Origin: Callorhinchus milii
Lineage: Eukaryota
Reading direction: 5' to 3'
DNA length: 64,000 nucleotides
NCBI RefSeq assembly: GCF_018977255.1
Contig: NW_024704742.1
Location: 27,096,001 to 27,160,000 of the forward strand
Shown: piece after piece, positions 37,270 through 50,652 of the stretch
Layout: every line of letters starts with the position of its first letter
Position numbering within the stretch: position 1 is the first letter of the stretch
The notes under the pieces: model-generated
Databases searched by the model: none
Seen by the model: the letters and a program-made list of their open reading frames with translations, nothing else
Told to the model about the DNA's origin: nothing
Made by a program: the position numbers and the translations under genes

Positions 37270-38963
37270 GAACATGATGATTCTGTGGCATCTACTTTTC
37301 GCAGGGAGTCCCTGGAAAAAGCTTCCTCCTGAGTCCCTCACAAATACCCTCTCTTCCTCAGATCTCCTCGCCCTCTGGCTCTCCACCCGTAGTGATCCTG
37401 ATGCAGCCATCAAGCTGTTGAATGACCATTTCTCCGCAACTTTTAGCTCCCTGGCTCCCCTGAAGTCCAGGGTTGTTTCCAAACCCACCCACTCCTCCTG
37501 GTAGAACAGTCATCTCCCCTCACTTAAAAGAAAATCCGGGATACTCAAGCGCAGATGGCAGAAATCAGGCCTCACGATTCACCGCCAGCTGTGGCTCGAG
37601 CACCTCCGCGCCTACTGCCTCTCCCTTTCCCAGGCACAAGCTGACGTTTACTCCAAAGTCATCCTGGAGGCAAACAACCATCTAAAGATGCTGTTTTCCA
37701 CCGTCCATCACCTCCTCCGTGCACCTCCTCAAGCCGCCTCTATCAAACGCTAAGTGTGAAGAGGTCCAAGACTTCTTCGCCTCAAAGACCGAAAACATCC
37801 GCTTGACTGCGTCATCCTCCTCCCGATGTCACCTTCCACCCCATACAGACCATTCACACCGCCTTCTCCCTCCACCATGGCTCCTGTCACTACCCACCTC
37901 CTTACACTCCTTTACCCCCATTTCTCCCTCGTCCCTCTCAACCACAATCACCCAAATGAAGTTCACCACCTGCTGCCTCGATCCTCTCCCCACCCAGCTG
38001 CTCATCACTTAACTTCCCCTCCTCTCCCTCCCTGCTGGCCGACACGGTCAACCAGTCTCTCTCCTCAGGCTGTTCCATTCTCTTTGCCCTCATCTACCTC
38101 AGTGGGATCGTACTCACATGGTTCGAATCCTACTTAACCAACTGCCTTCATTTCATCTTGGCAAATGGTTTCTCCTCCCGCTCTTCCCTGGTCACCTGCA
38201 GGGTACCCCTGGCTCCATCCTTAGCCCCTTTCTTTTCCTTATCTATACACTCCCTCTTGGCGATGTCATCCGCAGACATGGGGTAAACTTCCACATGTGG
38301 ATGATACACAAATCTACTTTGCCTCCTCCAGTACCGACTCCAGGTCCACCGATGCTCTATCAGCTTGTCTGGCAGACATCAGGGCCTGGATGAGTGCAAA
38401 CTTCCTACAGCTAAATGTGGACAAGATGGAAGCCATTCTCCTTGGCTCCCATCAACGTCTTCACTCCTGTGGATCTGAACTTCTCAAACTCCCTGGGCTC
38501 TCCCTCACAATCACTGAACCAGTGCGCAACCTAGGCATCCAGTTCGACCCCCAGCTGTCCTTCTTCCCCTACATCTGGTCCCTGACTAGACTGCTTTCTT
38601 CCACCTCCGCCACGTTGTCTGCCTCTGACTGCACCTTAACCCAAATGTAGCCGAAACCCTCGTGCATGCGTTTGTCACCTCCCACCTGGATTACTCAAAC
38701 GCACTCCTCAACAGTCTCCCTAGCTCTGCTATTCAAAAGATCCAGCTCATTCAGAACTCTGTCGCCCGCATACTGACCCGGACGAAACCGTACCCATATC
38801 TCAACAGTTCTGGCCAGGCTCCACTGGCTCCCCATCATCGAAAGGATCGACTTCAAGATCCTTACACTCGTGTTCTAATCCACTTTACAGTATATCCTGT
38901 GAAGCACTTTGAGATGTCTCAAGGACGAGATAAGATGCTATATCAAATGCAAGGATTATTATG
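37270..38963 (+). mobile_element. L2 family A, internally deleted, with a SINE-type tail at about 38875-38963 in place of its own 3' end
   Basis: ORF2 fragments (MKFTTCCLDPLPT, DDTQIYF, HAFVTSHLDYSNALL). A jump at about 38070 skips the early RT motifs. Confidence 0.9.
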
Positions 38964-39002
38964 ATTCAACAGTTTGCTAAATTTTGCACAGTCTGAAATG
39001 TT

Positions 39003-39370
39003 AGAAACACAGAAACATAGAAATCTACATTGCAAATGGAGGCCATTCGGCCCTTCAAGCCAGCAGTGGCTCACAGAGCCAGGATATTTCTTCAATGTCA
39101 CCTCCTCACCTTATTCCAATACCACTTGAAGCCCCTCTCTTTCATATGCCTGTCAACTTCCCCCTTGAAAGCTACAATGGACTCGGTTTCCACCACCCTA
39201 CTCGGCAAGGGGTTCCACATCTCAACCACTCTCTGGGTGAAAAATGCCCCCGAAGTTCTCCTTATACTGTTCTTGTGGCTATCTTATAACCACATGCCCT
39301 AGTTACTGACTATCAATTGAAATAACTTTTCTTTATTTACCCTAACAAAATCCCTCATGATTTTGTACAC
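39003..39370 (-). mobile_element. CR1 3' fragment
   Basis: (AGAAACAT)n end, GGAGGCCATTCGGCCC and TTCCACATCTCAACCACTCTCTGGGTGAAAA. Confidence 0.8.
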
Positions 39371-42300
39371 TCGTAATTTTATACAAGAGTTTCTTACTCT
39401 CGGCCTGGCCAATAACTCCAGATTGTAGGTGAATGCGGCCGTTACTTTGCATGTAGCATTATCCCATCGTTTATTCAGAATTGTGAAAAATTTTAGATAA
39501 ATTTGTGTTAATTTAGAAGCAAGATTACTGCAGTTCTTAAAAAAAAGCTTCCAAATGAATCTAATTGAAATTCTGAGAGTGAAGCTTGAGTATTTTATTA
39601 ATAACTCAGATCCACATTTTATATAAAATACTGTAACAAAAGCAGGGAGACATTTCTCAGGATTATAATTGCTGATAAATTATACTCTCCTGTATTCATA
39701 GATATTCCAAATAACTGATTGAATTTAAGAATTGCCCTTAATTCTGCAAATCTTTAATTTTAAGATAAGCTATCGTACAGGCTAAGATGAGGTGAAATTT
39801 CAAGCTTCAAGTGTTAGAAATTACATTATAAATGCTGAGAGTAAAGCTTGAGTGTTTTATAAATGATAATTCCAATCTACATTCTATACAAAATACTTTA
39901 TAATAAAAGCGTGGAGACATTATTTCAGAATGATTATTTCTGATAAGGTATACTGTCCTGTATTGCTCACTGGTGCCAGCATAGTGTAAACCTGCTGAAA
40001 ACCTGAAAATCCATGAACAATAAATGAAGGGTAAACCCCTGTATGAAACTGCAGTATTTACCAGTGTTCACTACACCACTGGGGATTGTTTACACATCAA
40101 ACTATGCACATAACTTCTCAATAATTTAGGAAGAAAGTTAATTTAGCGAGGTCCTTCAGGGATATATCAAAGACTGCGAAAAACTGACTGCAATATTTAG
40201 ATCTATTTTAAGAATTTGCCAATATTCTGCATAACCTGAAGTTTTATGAGTTGTCTTCAGGCTAAAACCATGTGAAATTTCAGGTCTGTAGACTGTGAAT
40301 TGTCCCTGAAAAAGTTACAGCTGCTATCAGCAGTGTTACACTCATCCAACAACAATCATTGGGTGCATTTTAGATGGTATAACTGCAATATTATACACAT
40401 AACAGTAACAAGGGTTCAAGTCCGTTAAAGACGTCCCCCCGACATGAAATTGAACTGAGTAGTGTTGACTTAAATAGCCAATATATTTTAATTATTCAGA
40501 TCCTGAGATAATCAAGTTCACAGAGACAGAATGTTCCGCCTAAGAAACCTTTATATAGCAATGTGCATGATACAGAATCAGCTACATCGATCAGCTACAA
40601 CAGCTACAGTTATACCCATTTGGTTGTTTCATTCTTTTTTCTCCTCTAACCACCTAGCTTAACTCACAGATATTATTTCCTCGATTTTACCATTTCTTCC
40701 ACAAAACCATTTCATTAAAACATTCCTTGTACCCCCGACCTCATCTTGACTCCATTTATAAAAACATGGACTTCGATAAGGGAAGGTTGCTTTGCACTCA
40801 ATTTCCAGCACCTTGGAACTTCCTTCCAACATGAAAGGCGCTATATAAATGTAATTTTGTTGTTGTTGTTGTTTCATTTATGACCCTTTATTATGCATTA
40901 ATACCTCTCACCCAAGACATGGACCATTTGGTGATGCCACTTCTACTCATTAACACATCTAACCAAGTAAGGAAAGGGAAATATCATAAACTTATTAATA
41001 CACTTGAAAGCATAGCAGTCAAATACATTAGAAAGAGATGACAGACACCATTTATTCCTAGCAAGGTTACAAAAGTTGCAAAGTACAATCATTTACCAAA
41101 TTTCGCTTAAAGGTACACAGTACAACAAATGTTCAATAATTTCCATTACAGGCAAAATATTTAGCAATAAAATAGTATGCAAGTCAACTAAACAAGATTT
41201 TACCAATCTATGGCATTAAAGTAATTACAGGTATATGTTTCATGCTGGCAACATTTACTAATATTGTATATGCATTATTCGTATATGGAGGGACTATTTG
41301 CTCATAAGGCTTCAGTAGAGAGCAAACTGTTTTGGAAGAGCAGAGGTATAACTGGAATGTAAGGCTGGAAACAACAACAAGATTACATTTGTATAGCGCC
41401 TTTCACGTCGGGAGGAAGATTGCACAGAGAGGAAAAGGGGAGACCATGCTGTAATTTGAAGACAAAGATACCAATCTTCACCTTGATCCACTACTGGAGG
41501 CCAATGGAGCTTGGCAAGGATGGGAATAATGAGGCTGTGAAGCCTCATTTGGGAGAGAATTTGAACCGCAGAGTTCTGGATTAAATAACCAGAAATGGAC
41601 CAGGAGAAATTGAACCGGGGTAAAAATGGTCAAGATATCTCAAAGTCAATATTCTCCAGCAATCCTGCTAAATTAGCTCTGCATTGAATCATCATCATGC
41701 ATGAGGCAGAGTTCCAGGTCACAACATTGTCTGGGAGAGAATTGCACAAGCATCATTTGAAGTACAGGTATTAATCTTTTAGTTTGATGCAAAATGTTAG
41801 TAAGCAACTGGAGCAGGTCTTATATTAACATTATAATAATAACTTGCATAAACCCATCTGAAGACACATCTCTTTGTTGCGTCTTTGGCCCTTCCCCCCC
41901 TATCCCACCCTTATCTCTCTCCCAGCTCAGGCTCCCACTCTGTCTTTGTAAAGTGCTTTGATATGTTCATCCTATGTGAAAGATGCTATATAAGCGAATA
42001 TTGTTGTCATGTTATTGATGTTGCTTCTCGCAACTGATCTGAGTGCAAGAGTAAAAGCTCAGCTCTTGGAGTCATTTCTCTATGCTTACACATTTACACT
42101 TAGGAACATTCCATCTTCTATAAAAAGTTCAAAGTGGACAGCAAGTGGTGGTTCATACAAAAATCATCATTTTTCATTCATTTTATAATTTCCAGACTGT
42201 CTTTCAATGCACATGATAAAAATATTTATAAGATCCTATAAAGTGGCAACCCCAAAAATAAGGACTGCTTCATTGCTTATTTATGAAGGGATTTCCTACC

Positions 42301-42582
42301 ATACGAACATAATGAAATAATACTATTTTAAAGATAATGAATATCATTAAAAAATTTCTATGATTTTTTTCAGGCATGAAGATTGAATGTGAAATGAACA
42401 CTGGGATTCGAAAAGCGTTGTTTTCTGAAAAGTTATTAACATTATTGGAAATGTTGCAGGATATTAGTCTTCCTGAGCCATCAAAAAAAATTATTCTCTG
42501 GTCAGAACTCTCACTTACTTGTGATAAGAATATAGACAATTGTTTGATTGTCAGATTACATATTGTGAAAACTTTCTGATAC

Positions 42583-43722
42583 CGTGGAGACCTGTAGCTT
42601 AGTGGTTAGAGCAAGCAAGAGGACCTGGGTTTGATTCCTGGGCAGGGAGAAATCCTAGTAATAATAATAATCCTTGATATAGCGCTTTTCACGTCTTCTA
42701 GACGTCTCAAAGCACTTCACAGAATATGCTGTAAAGTGAATTGACTGTTTATTTGTGGGTGAAACTCGGCAGTCAATTGCGCACAGCAGTGTCCCACAAA
42801 CAGTCGTGGATTGAAAATGACCAATTTAGAAACTTGTTGGGCAAGTTTCCTTACTCCACGCTCCTCTGTTTACCGAGTAGTAAGTAGGACCCCAGTTGGT
42901 AGTCACTTTTCCGTGGATAATAGAATCATAGAATTATACCACACAGAAGGAGGCCATTCGGCCCATCATGTCTGTGCTGGCTCTTTGAAAAGAGCTATCC
43001 AATTCAATTCCAATCCCCCGCTCTCTCCCCATAGCACTGCAAACTTGTCCTCCCCAGATAAGTATCTATTTCTCTCTTAAAAGCCGTTATTGAATCGGCT
43101 TCCACCACCCTTTCAGGCAATGCATTCCAGATCCGAACAACTCGCTGTGTAAAAAAAATTCTCACCTCTGTTTCTGTTTTTTTCCTAACCCTCCCTTCTG
43201 GTTCTTTTAACAAATATTTTAAATTGGTGTCCTCGGGTTATCGACCCACCCGCCAGTGGAAGTAGTTTTTCCTTGTTCACCTTATTGAATCTCCTCATAA
43301 TTTTGAAAACTTCTATTAAGTCTCTCTTAATCTTCTCTGCTCCAAGGAGAATAATCCTAGCTTCTCTAGCCTCTCCTGATAACTGAGGTCCCTCATTCCT
43401 GGTACCATCCTGGTAAACCCTCTCCAATGCCTTGACATCCTTCCTAAAGTGTGGTACCCAGAACTGAGCACAGTACTGTAGCTGAGGCCTAACCAGTGTT
43501 TTATAAAGGTTCATCATAACTTCCTGACTTTTGTATTCTATGCTCATGTTTATAAAGCCTGGTATCCTGTATACTTATTATTAAAATAATAATTGGTCAT
43601 TCAATTGGCTGCCGCATTTCACCCACAAACTATACAATTCACTTCACAGTATATTCTGTGAAGCGCTTTGAGACTCTCGAAGATGTGATAAGGTACTATA
43701 TCAAATGCAAGGATTATTATAT
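42583..43722. mobile_element. Nested cluster: a plus-strand DeuSINE split by a minus-strand SINE tail (about 42658-42828) and a minus-strand CR1 (about 42920-43575)
   Basis: CR1 ORF LYKTLVRPQLQYCAQFW.PH.RKD and FFTQRVVRIWNALP with an ATAGAATC end. The SINE head, middle and tail are collinear around the inserts. Confidence 0.87.
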
Positions 43723-45144
43723 AAAAACACCAGTGCACAATTAAAGCTGTTCAAGCCAGAATGCATGACACTCCCCCTGTATGAGTCATCCCTTTAGGAG
43801 AGGAGCCGAGAAAATTGAGTGGGTGGAGGCAAAGGAGAACAGAGGTAGAAACATCAAACTATAAAACACAACTATCTTGACACAACCATCGTAATACACT
43901 GGAATGGAACCTTATTGTCTGGTGTAATTCTGTTCTGTAAGGAATGTGATGATCAGAAAATATTTATTCACACAGAGGGTGAATGAATGTGAAATGCGCT
44001 ACCCCAGAAAGCTTAGAAATTAAATCAATAAGGATGTTTAAAAGAGAGATGGATAAATACCTGGGTAGTATAATAACAACAACTTGGATTTATATAGCGT
44101 CCTTCATGTGGTTATAGGGGCTTGGCATGCTTTTTAGTAGCGGTATTAAGGGATATGGTGAGGAGCACTGGTTTAAAGGATCTAATATCTAATAAATTGG
44201 TAGAACAATAAATTGCTTCTTCTGTTTTTCTGTGTTTCCATCCCAAGTTGCTTAAACGATTGCGTGTGTGGGAGGAGTGGGTGGGGGTCTCTTTAAGTCA
44301 TTGCAATCCTTGTGAAGATGGTGATCGGACATTGTATAAAAAATCTCATAAATAATGAAAAGTAAGACCTTTCAAATGCTCACTGTCGTGAGAATCCCTC
44401 TCCCAACCAAGTTCTGTGGTAGAAATTATATTATATTTATATATATTCTTGCAATTGATATAGCATTTTTCTTGTCGGGAGGACATCTCAAAGCACAGGA
44501 TTCACTGTAAAAGTGCGGTAACTTGAAACTGTGGTGAATAAATGATACAATGTTAAATTATATTATTCATTTGTTGATATGCACTCTGCCTACCTAACTC
44601 CAGAGAGGATTAGCCATTAGGCAAGATACAAGGCTCGGGTACCTCAGAATGTGCATTGAGATTTAGCCATCTGTAATACTGCACTATTGTACTAGTGTAG
44701 GCTTTCTTTTGTTTTATTTATCTTTGTTGTGCCAATGTCTTCCAAAAATCAATATCAAACATCAGCCGTTGTATAGATGGAGGAATAAACAAATTCCTGT
44801 GTGATGCACCTTTTAAACCAGCGCAGCACACCTAAGACAGAGGCAATTTTGTAATTTCTCATCGCCAACTCACTATCTTTTTACGAAGGTTCATACCAGA
44901 GCACATAGAATGGCAACGTTGGAAATAGCTGGACAGAAGATCAGAAATATCAAGCGGTAGGCATCAGTTGAAGCTAAGCTTGGGAAGTATCAATTGAAGA
45001 TTATATGAGGAAGAGAAGACATAATTCACGATTATTAGAGTCAAATAAAATGAGTATCTAGTCACTTGTGCATTGTAATGTCAGCTACACTTTTTTATAC
45101 AAAGTCTTTTAAAATGTAATACAGATATGCTCTATCCATTGATT

Positions 45145-45710
45145 TTTGGGTCAGCCATGTACACCCTTCACCAAGCTTATGAGCATCCAAACCAGACTGA
45201 GAGTTTCACAGATGTACACCACCTGCAAGTGGAAATTTCCCTGTGTCTGCAATGCGCACTCTCTCCCTGGACAGATGCATCCTGCTTACCTAATTTCAGA
45301 GCGTATTAGGTACAGGTTGGTAAGGGCCAAAGCTCAAGATACCCCACAGTGTGTGTTGAGTTGGAATCTAACCAGTTAAAACCGCATAGCTTGCCATTGC
45401 GAGCACTGCCTGGCAAGCTTCCTGTTACTTGGCCAACTCGGACCATCCTACCGGTCAGGGCTTTGGCTTGCAGGGTTAACAGGAGCTGAGTGGGATGATT
45501 CCCTGCCCCCAATGACTGGTCTGCCCTTCCGGGTCCTGTCGATAAAAGCCAGGTTGTGCTGTGCTGTCATCTGCGGTGCCCTGGAATACTGCAGACCCGC
45601 CTGGCGTCGGAACTGGACTACCGAGACCGCCAGAGAGGGCTGGCTCGGTCCCGACATTCGATTGCCAGGCACGTCACCTTGGAGCCAGTTCAGCTCCAAA
45701 GAGCCCCGAG
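45145..45710 (-). mobile_element. Copy of the unclassified poly(A)-tailed repeat abutting the CpG island
   Basis: Collinear with the 34885-35470 copy. Confidence 0.8.
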
Positions 45711-46240
45711 CTTTACCTCCCCCCCCACCCCGGCCGGGGAGGACAGTCACCAGTGTATCCGTCTAACTCACAAGTCATTGAGATATAACACAAGAGTACA
45801 ATACAGCATTCACACACTGTCCCTCCGCCCCATCGCCCCCAACCACCCACCCCCCTCGGGTAGCTTTGAAACCCCCCAAAAAATGAAGTGTGATCAGGGG
45901 GCCATTGCATGTGGGTTAAATTCTCACTGCCCCCAAATGATTGCCCCAACCCCTACCCCCACCCCCTGTCCTGCTTAAGTGGTCTTGTGGAGGAGTTAAG
46001 TGGGAAAGGGGAAGACAGACAGACAGACAGACAGAGACAGACAGACAGAGACTGCAGCATCCAATGGAGGAGGGCACCAGGCAGGCGAGGGAGGGGAGGC
46101 TGTGAGTGGTCCCAGTGGCAGTCAATCAGTGTGTGGCAGCGTTCTCCCCCCTCCCCCCCCCCCCCCCCCTCCCTCTGCCCCGGGGGAGCAGGAGCGCTGC
46201 GGGGCTGCGCTGTGAGGCTGTGTCCCTCTCTCTCTGTGGT

Positions 46241-46278
<38 letters not shown>

Positions 46279-47030
46279 AGAGACTGACTGACGCGGCACA
46301 GAGAGACTCGGTGCAATGGGCAGTCTGGACCGTTGACCGACCGCCCGACCGCCCGCATCACTGGCTGCAAACGCACAGGGAGAAGGCGGCCCTGAATTCA
46401 CCGGATTGCAGCAGCAATAGCAGCATTGCTGAAGTGCAAATACATCCTATACAATTGAGACACATATATATATATATAGATAGATAGATAGATAGATATC
46501 TACATCTATATATATATAGATATATATCTAGAAGTTCTTCTGTTGATTGCAATCTGCCGGAATATGGACCACCAGCAGCGCAAATACGATGCTCCCCGCA
46601 ACGAGAAAGAGAAGAGCAAGAAGAAGTCCGCCGAGGAAGTGGATGGGAAGAGGAGCAAATTTGTAAGTCCTTTCGGTACCCCCCACCCGACCCCCCCCAC
46701 CCCCACCTCCCCCCCGACCCCCACCACCCCCCCCCCGAGCTCCAGTCCCTGCGATGTGCCGTGAACTGTGTCGGTCTCTGCTCCGAGCGCTGCACCGCAC
46801 TGAGACCTGCACTGCACTGCACTGCTCGGTTCAGTCCGTCCCCCCCCCCCCCCCCCAGTCCCCCCCCCCCCCCCGGGTTCCAGCCCCACACACTGCACAC
46901 CCCCGTCTGCCTCCACCCGGTTTCTGAACGGGTCACATCGCCACCGTCGCCGCGTTTCTCTCCGAAGCGAAAGCCCGAATGCACCACCGAGAAACTATGG
47001 AGCGTCGTTGGCGATGAAGTCTTTGCAGAG
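45560..47030 (+). promoter_or_regulatory. CpG island / promoter and 5'UTR of an unidentified plus-strand gene
   Basis: Sharp rise in GC and CpG against a CpG-poor background, with C-tracts, (GACA)n and (GT)n(GA)n. It surrounds an ATG exon with a consensus donor. Confidence 0.75.
46564..46662 (+). CDS. Probable first coding exon of an unidentified gene (MDHQQRKYDAPRNEKEKSKKKSAEEVDGKRSKF)
   Basis: AATATGG Kozak context (A at -3, G at +4), 33 codons mostly ending in G or C, a phase-0 donor TTT|gtaagt, and a position inside a CpG island. Confidence 0.68.
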
Positions 47031-47083
47031 GGCTACTCTTTATTGTGTCCTTTATTTATTTATCCCCTCCCTCCCTCCCTCTC

Positions 47084-47518
47084 TGTGTGTGTGTGTGCAT
47101 ATATATATATACATATACATATATGTGTGTGCGTATATATATATGTGTGTGTGTGTGCATATATATATGTGTGTGTGTGCACATATATATATATGTGTGC
47201 ATATATATATATATGTGTGTGCATATATATATATATATGTGTGTGCATATATATATATATATATGCATATATATACATATATGTGGGTGTATGTGTGTGT
47301 GTGCATATATATATACATATAGGTGTGTGCATATATATATACACGTGTGTGTGTGCATATATATATACACGTGTGTGTGTGCATATATATATACACATAT
47401 ATGTGTGCATATATATATATATGTGTGTGTGCATATATATATATGTGTGTGTGTGTGTGCATATATATATATACATATATGTGTGTGCATATATATATAT
47501 ATGTGTGTGTGTATATAT
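47084..47518. repeat. Alternating purine-pyrimidine array (TG)n-CA-(TA)n
   Basis: About 430 bp of near-continuous RY alternation. Confidence 0.95.
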
Positions 47519-50319
47519 TTGGGGGAGAGGGGCATTTGCATGTCCCTGGACAATTGTGGACCTGAAGGGTAGGGAGGGGAGAAAGCAGAGGGCAGGAACT
47601 GTCATTGAGGGTATGTGTGAACATTGGTAGCAGTGACCAGCAGCACAGCAATGCCTGCAGGGCTGGTGTGTTGGGGAGGTGGTGGGCATTTGGCAGGTCT
47701 CCTGTGCTGTGGTGGAGAGCAGGAGGCTGGCTACCCTGCCTCCCCCCCCCCTGTGATACAGGACTCAGCAATGCCATGCTCAGCCCCTCTGCCAAGAGCA
47801 ATATCTGTACATTGTGCACCTGTCAGGAGAGTCACTTAACCTCTCAGAATTCAGAGAAGACCAACTCTGTGGTGGGACCCCCCCCCCCCCTCTCCACCAT
47901 CCCCCCCCCCCTCTCCCTCATCCACACACTCACCGCTCTTTGTGTTAAATAATGGATCAACAGTGACTGCTCAAGCTGTACCGATCCTTAAGCTTCATCG
48001 ATGTCAGGTTAGGATTTTATGTTACATTAAATAAATGCGGCTAACGTCTAAGGAACGGGCACCCTTTCATCCCAACAGCTATCCTCCCTTGCTGCGGGGG
48101 AAAGGGGGTGTGTGGGGGGTGGGTAGGGGGAGGTCAGCAGGATCTCTCTGGGGGCTGAGCTGGCTCCTGGCAATGGAATATCGGAATCGAGTCGGTCTTA
48201 GGTGATGGTCTCGGTGGTCCGATTTGGATTTTACTGATAGCTGGCGGTTTGATAAGACTTACAGAGTAATTCCAATCAACCGTTTTTGTTTTGACATGAA
48301 TGTTGTATGTTTATAAGTATGTTCCTTAAATCCTGCGTACTTTGTGTGTTTCTGCAGTTGTGCTAAAAGTATTTGCTTGACAAATCTTCCAAAGGTTCTG
48401 CTTACTCTTCGAAACTTTCTGATGAACCATACTGCTGCGACAGTGCATTCGGTGTTGCTTTTACTGAACATCTTGACTATTATCTACATATAACCTTGGC
48501 AATATCTGAATTGTTCATTCATATGTGGCTGTGATTTTAGTGGTAGAGTCACTTTGTCTGGAGCTTCAGAACTATGGTGGAAGATTTGCCCCCCAGGTAG
48601 GAAAGAAGCAGATTGCAAGGCAGGAGTGCCATTGAATGATTTAGGAGAAAGAGATGGGGGAGAAAATTGCTGGAGAAATATCTGTGCCACAGAAACCAGT
48701 CTGATTCCACAATGTTCATCTCATGTCAGGGAATATTATCCTCCGTTTTCCAGTTCAACATGATGGTTCTTTCTGTCATTCTGAGTCAAACTGATTCAGG
48801 AACCTCGTCTCCCTTTCAACTGAATCTCCAGCAGGATAAAGTGTGTGAGTGAGCATATCATTTAACCCTTAACTGTGATCTTACATCTCGGAGACGTATC
48901 AAAGACTGGAGAGGATACAATTGAATATCTTACTAACAGATACAGTATGACTGTCTTTAAACACACAAACATAACCTTCAGCAGTCACTTTCGCAATAGT
49001 GTCGTTAGTTACATTAATGTTGGTGGATCAGCTTAAATCATAGTATTATTGCACATGGCTAGCAAGGTAAGCCATTGCAGTCTATAAAGTGACATGGTTA
49101 TCTTATACTTTCAGAATTAAGCCTATGATTAGGATGCCTTTGATGTGAGCACACAACTTCTCTGATCTAGGTAGCCAATAAATCAGTCTTGTTTTATTTC
49201 CCTTTGCCATTGCTGATTTGGGTCTTGGCAGCTAACTACAGTTGATTGTCCACATTCTTCTCTTCAACTATTCTACCAATTTTGCAGACAGAAACCCTTA
49301 CACATTCTTACTTAGCTGTGCTTTACCTGTATCGGTAAAGGTTAGATGTTAAACCAAGGTCCTGTCTGCCTGTTCAGGTGGGTATTAAAGATCCCATGAA
49401 ACTATTCAAAAAGAGAAGTGAATTCCTCCTGGTGTCCTGGCCAACAATCCTCCAGATAAACTTGGTCATCCCTTCATGGCTGTTTGTGGGATACTGCTGG
49501 CTGCTGTGTTCGCCTACAAAATACACAGTCACTATAATTTACAGTAAATATCTGAAGCGCTGAACGTGATAAAGCACAATATCAAATGCAAGGATTTTAA
49601 TGTTATGATAGAAGGTTCACACTTCACTCCTGTCTGACTTATTTCTGAATTAACTTGTTCAATACTTGCTGTAATCAAGACCTGAAATTTCTGATCAACT
49701 AAGCTTTAAAACCACTGTCTCCAAAGTTAAGATCACACAGAATTTTAGAAAATTTTTATATTTTGTTTGAATTAGGAAGCAGTTTCCCACATTTCGTAAA
49801 AAGAACTATGAAAAACAACTTCCAAATTTAGACCGTGACTAATAATTTTTATAAATAATATATAATAATCCTTGCATTTGATATAAGGCCTTATCACATC
49901 TTCGAGACATCTCAAAGCGCTTTATAGAATATACTGTCAAGTGAATTGACTATATATTTTGTGGGTGAAACACAGCAGCCAATTTTCAAAATTCAACACC
50001 ATCTTAAAGTTTAAAGTTTAAGACAGTGATCTTAAGGCTCAGGCCATAAGACATTTCGAGCCTCTGATCTAAAGTAATTATACTTAACAACTGGACAGAA
50101 TTATGATGATTGGAACCGGAGTGGCTGGTACTAAAACTAGAGTTAAGAAGATTGACTGAGCCATCACTGACATCTCCCATACCACTGAGATAAATGCTGA
50201 TATCCAATAGCTTTTGAAATAATTGACTTACTACTACTGCCTACTAACTAAATTAATAATAACAGGACACTGATGCTTAACCAATCTTGAGATATTCGGG
50301 CATGATTACAAACAGACTA

Positions 50320-50652
50320 ACCATTGAGCACTCGCTTTGCAAATGAGAAGACCTGGGTTCGATTCCCATGCAGGTCGATACATTAGGCATGTCTCTGTTT
50401 AACTTGCAATGAGTAGGAACCCGGTTATTAGTCAGTTGGTGGATTGCTTTTCCGGGGATAATAATCCCTCAAAAAAAAATTTGGTCACTCAATCCATGAC
50501 TGTTTGTGGGACACTGCTGTGCGCAATTGGCTCCCGTGTTTTGCTCACAAAATATAGTCAATTCACTTTACAGTATATTCTGTGAAGCGCTTTGAGACCT
50601 CTCGAAGATGTGATAAGGTGGTATATCAAAGCAAGGATTATTCTTCTTATTA
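50320..50652 (+). mobile_element. tRNA-headed DeuSINE
   Basis: B-box GGTTCGATTCC, Deu core TGTGGGACACTGCTGTGCGCAATTGGCT and a tail. Confidence 0.85.

Noticed and set aside
46761..47819. Long VCVYI/HTHIY ORFs
   Set aside because: Translations of dinucleotide repeats.
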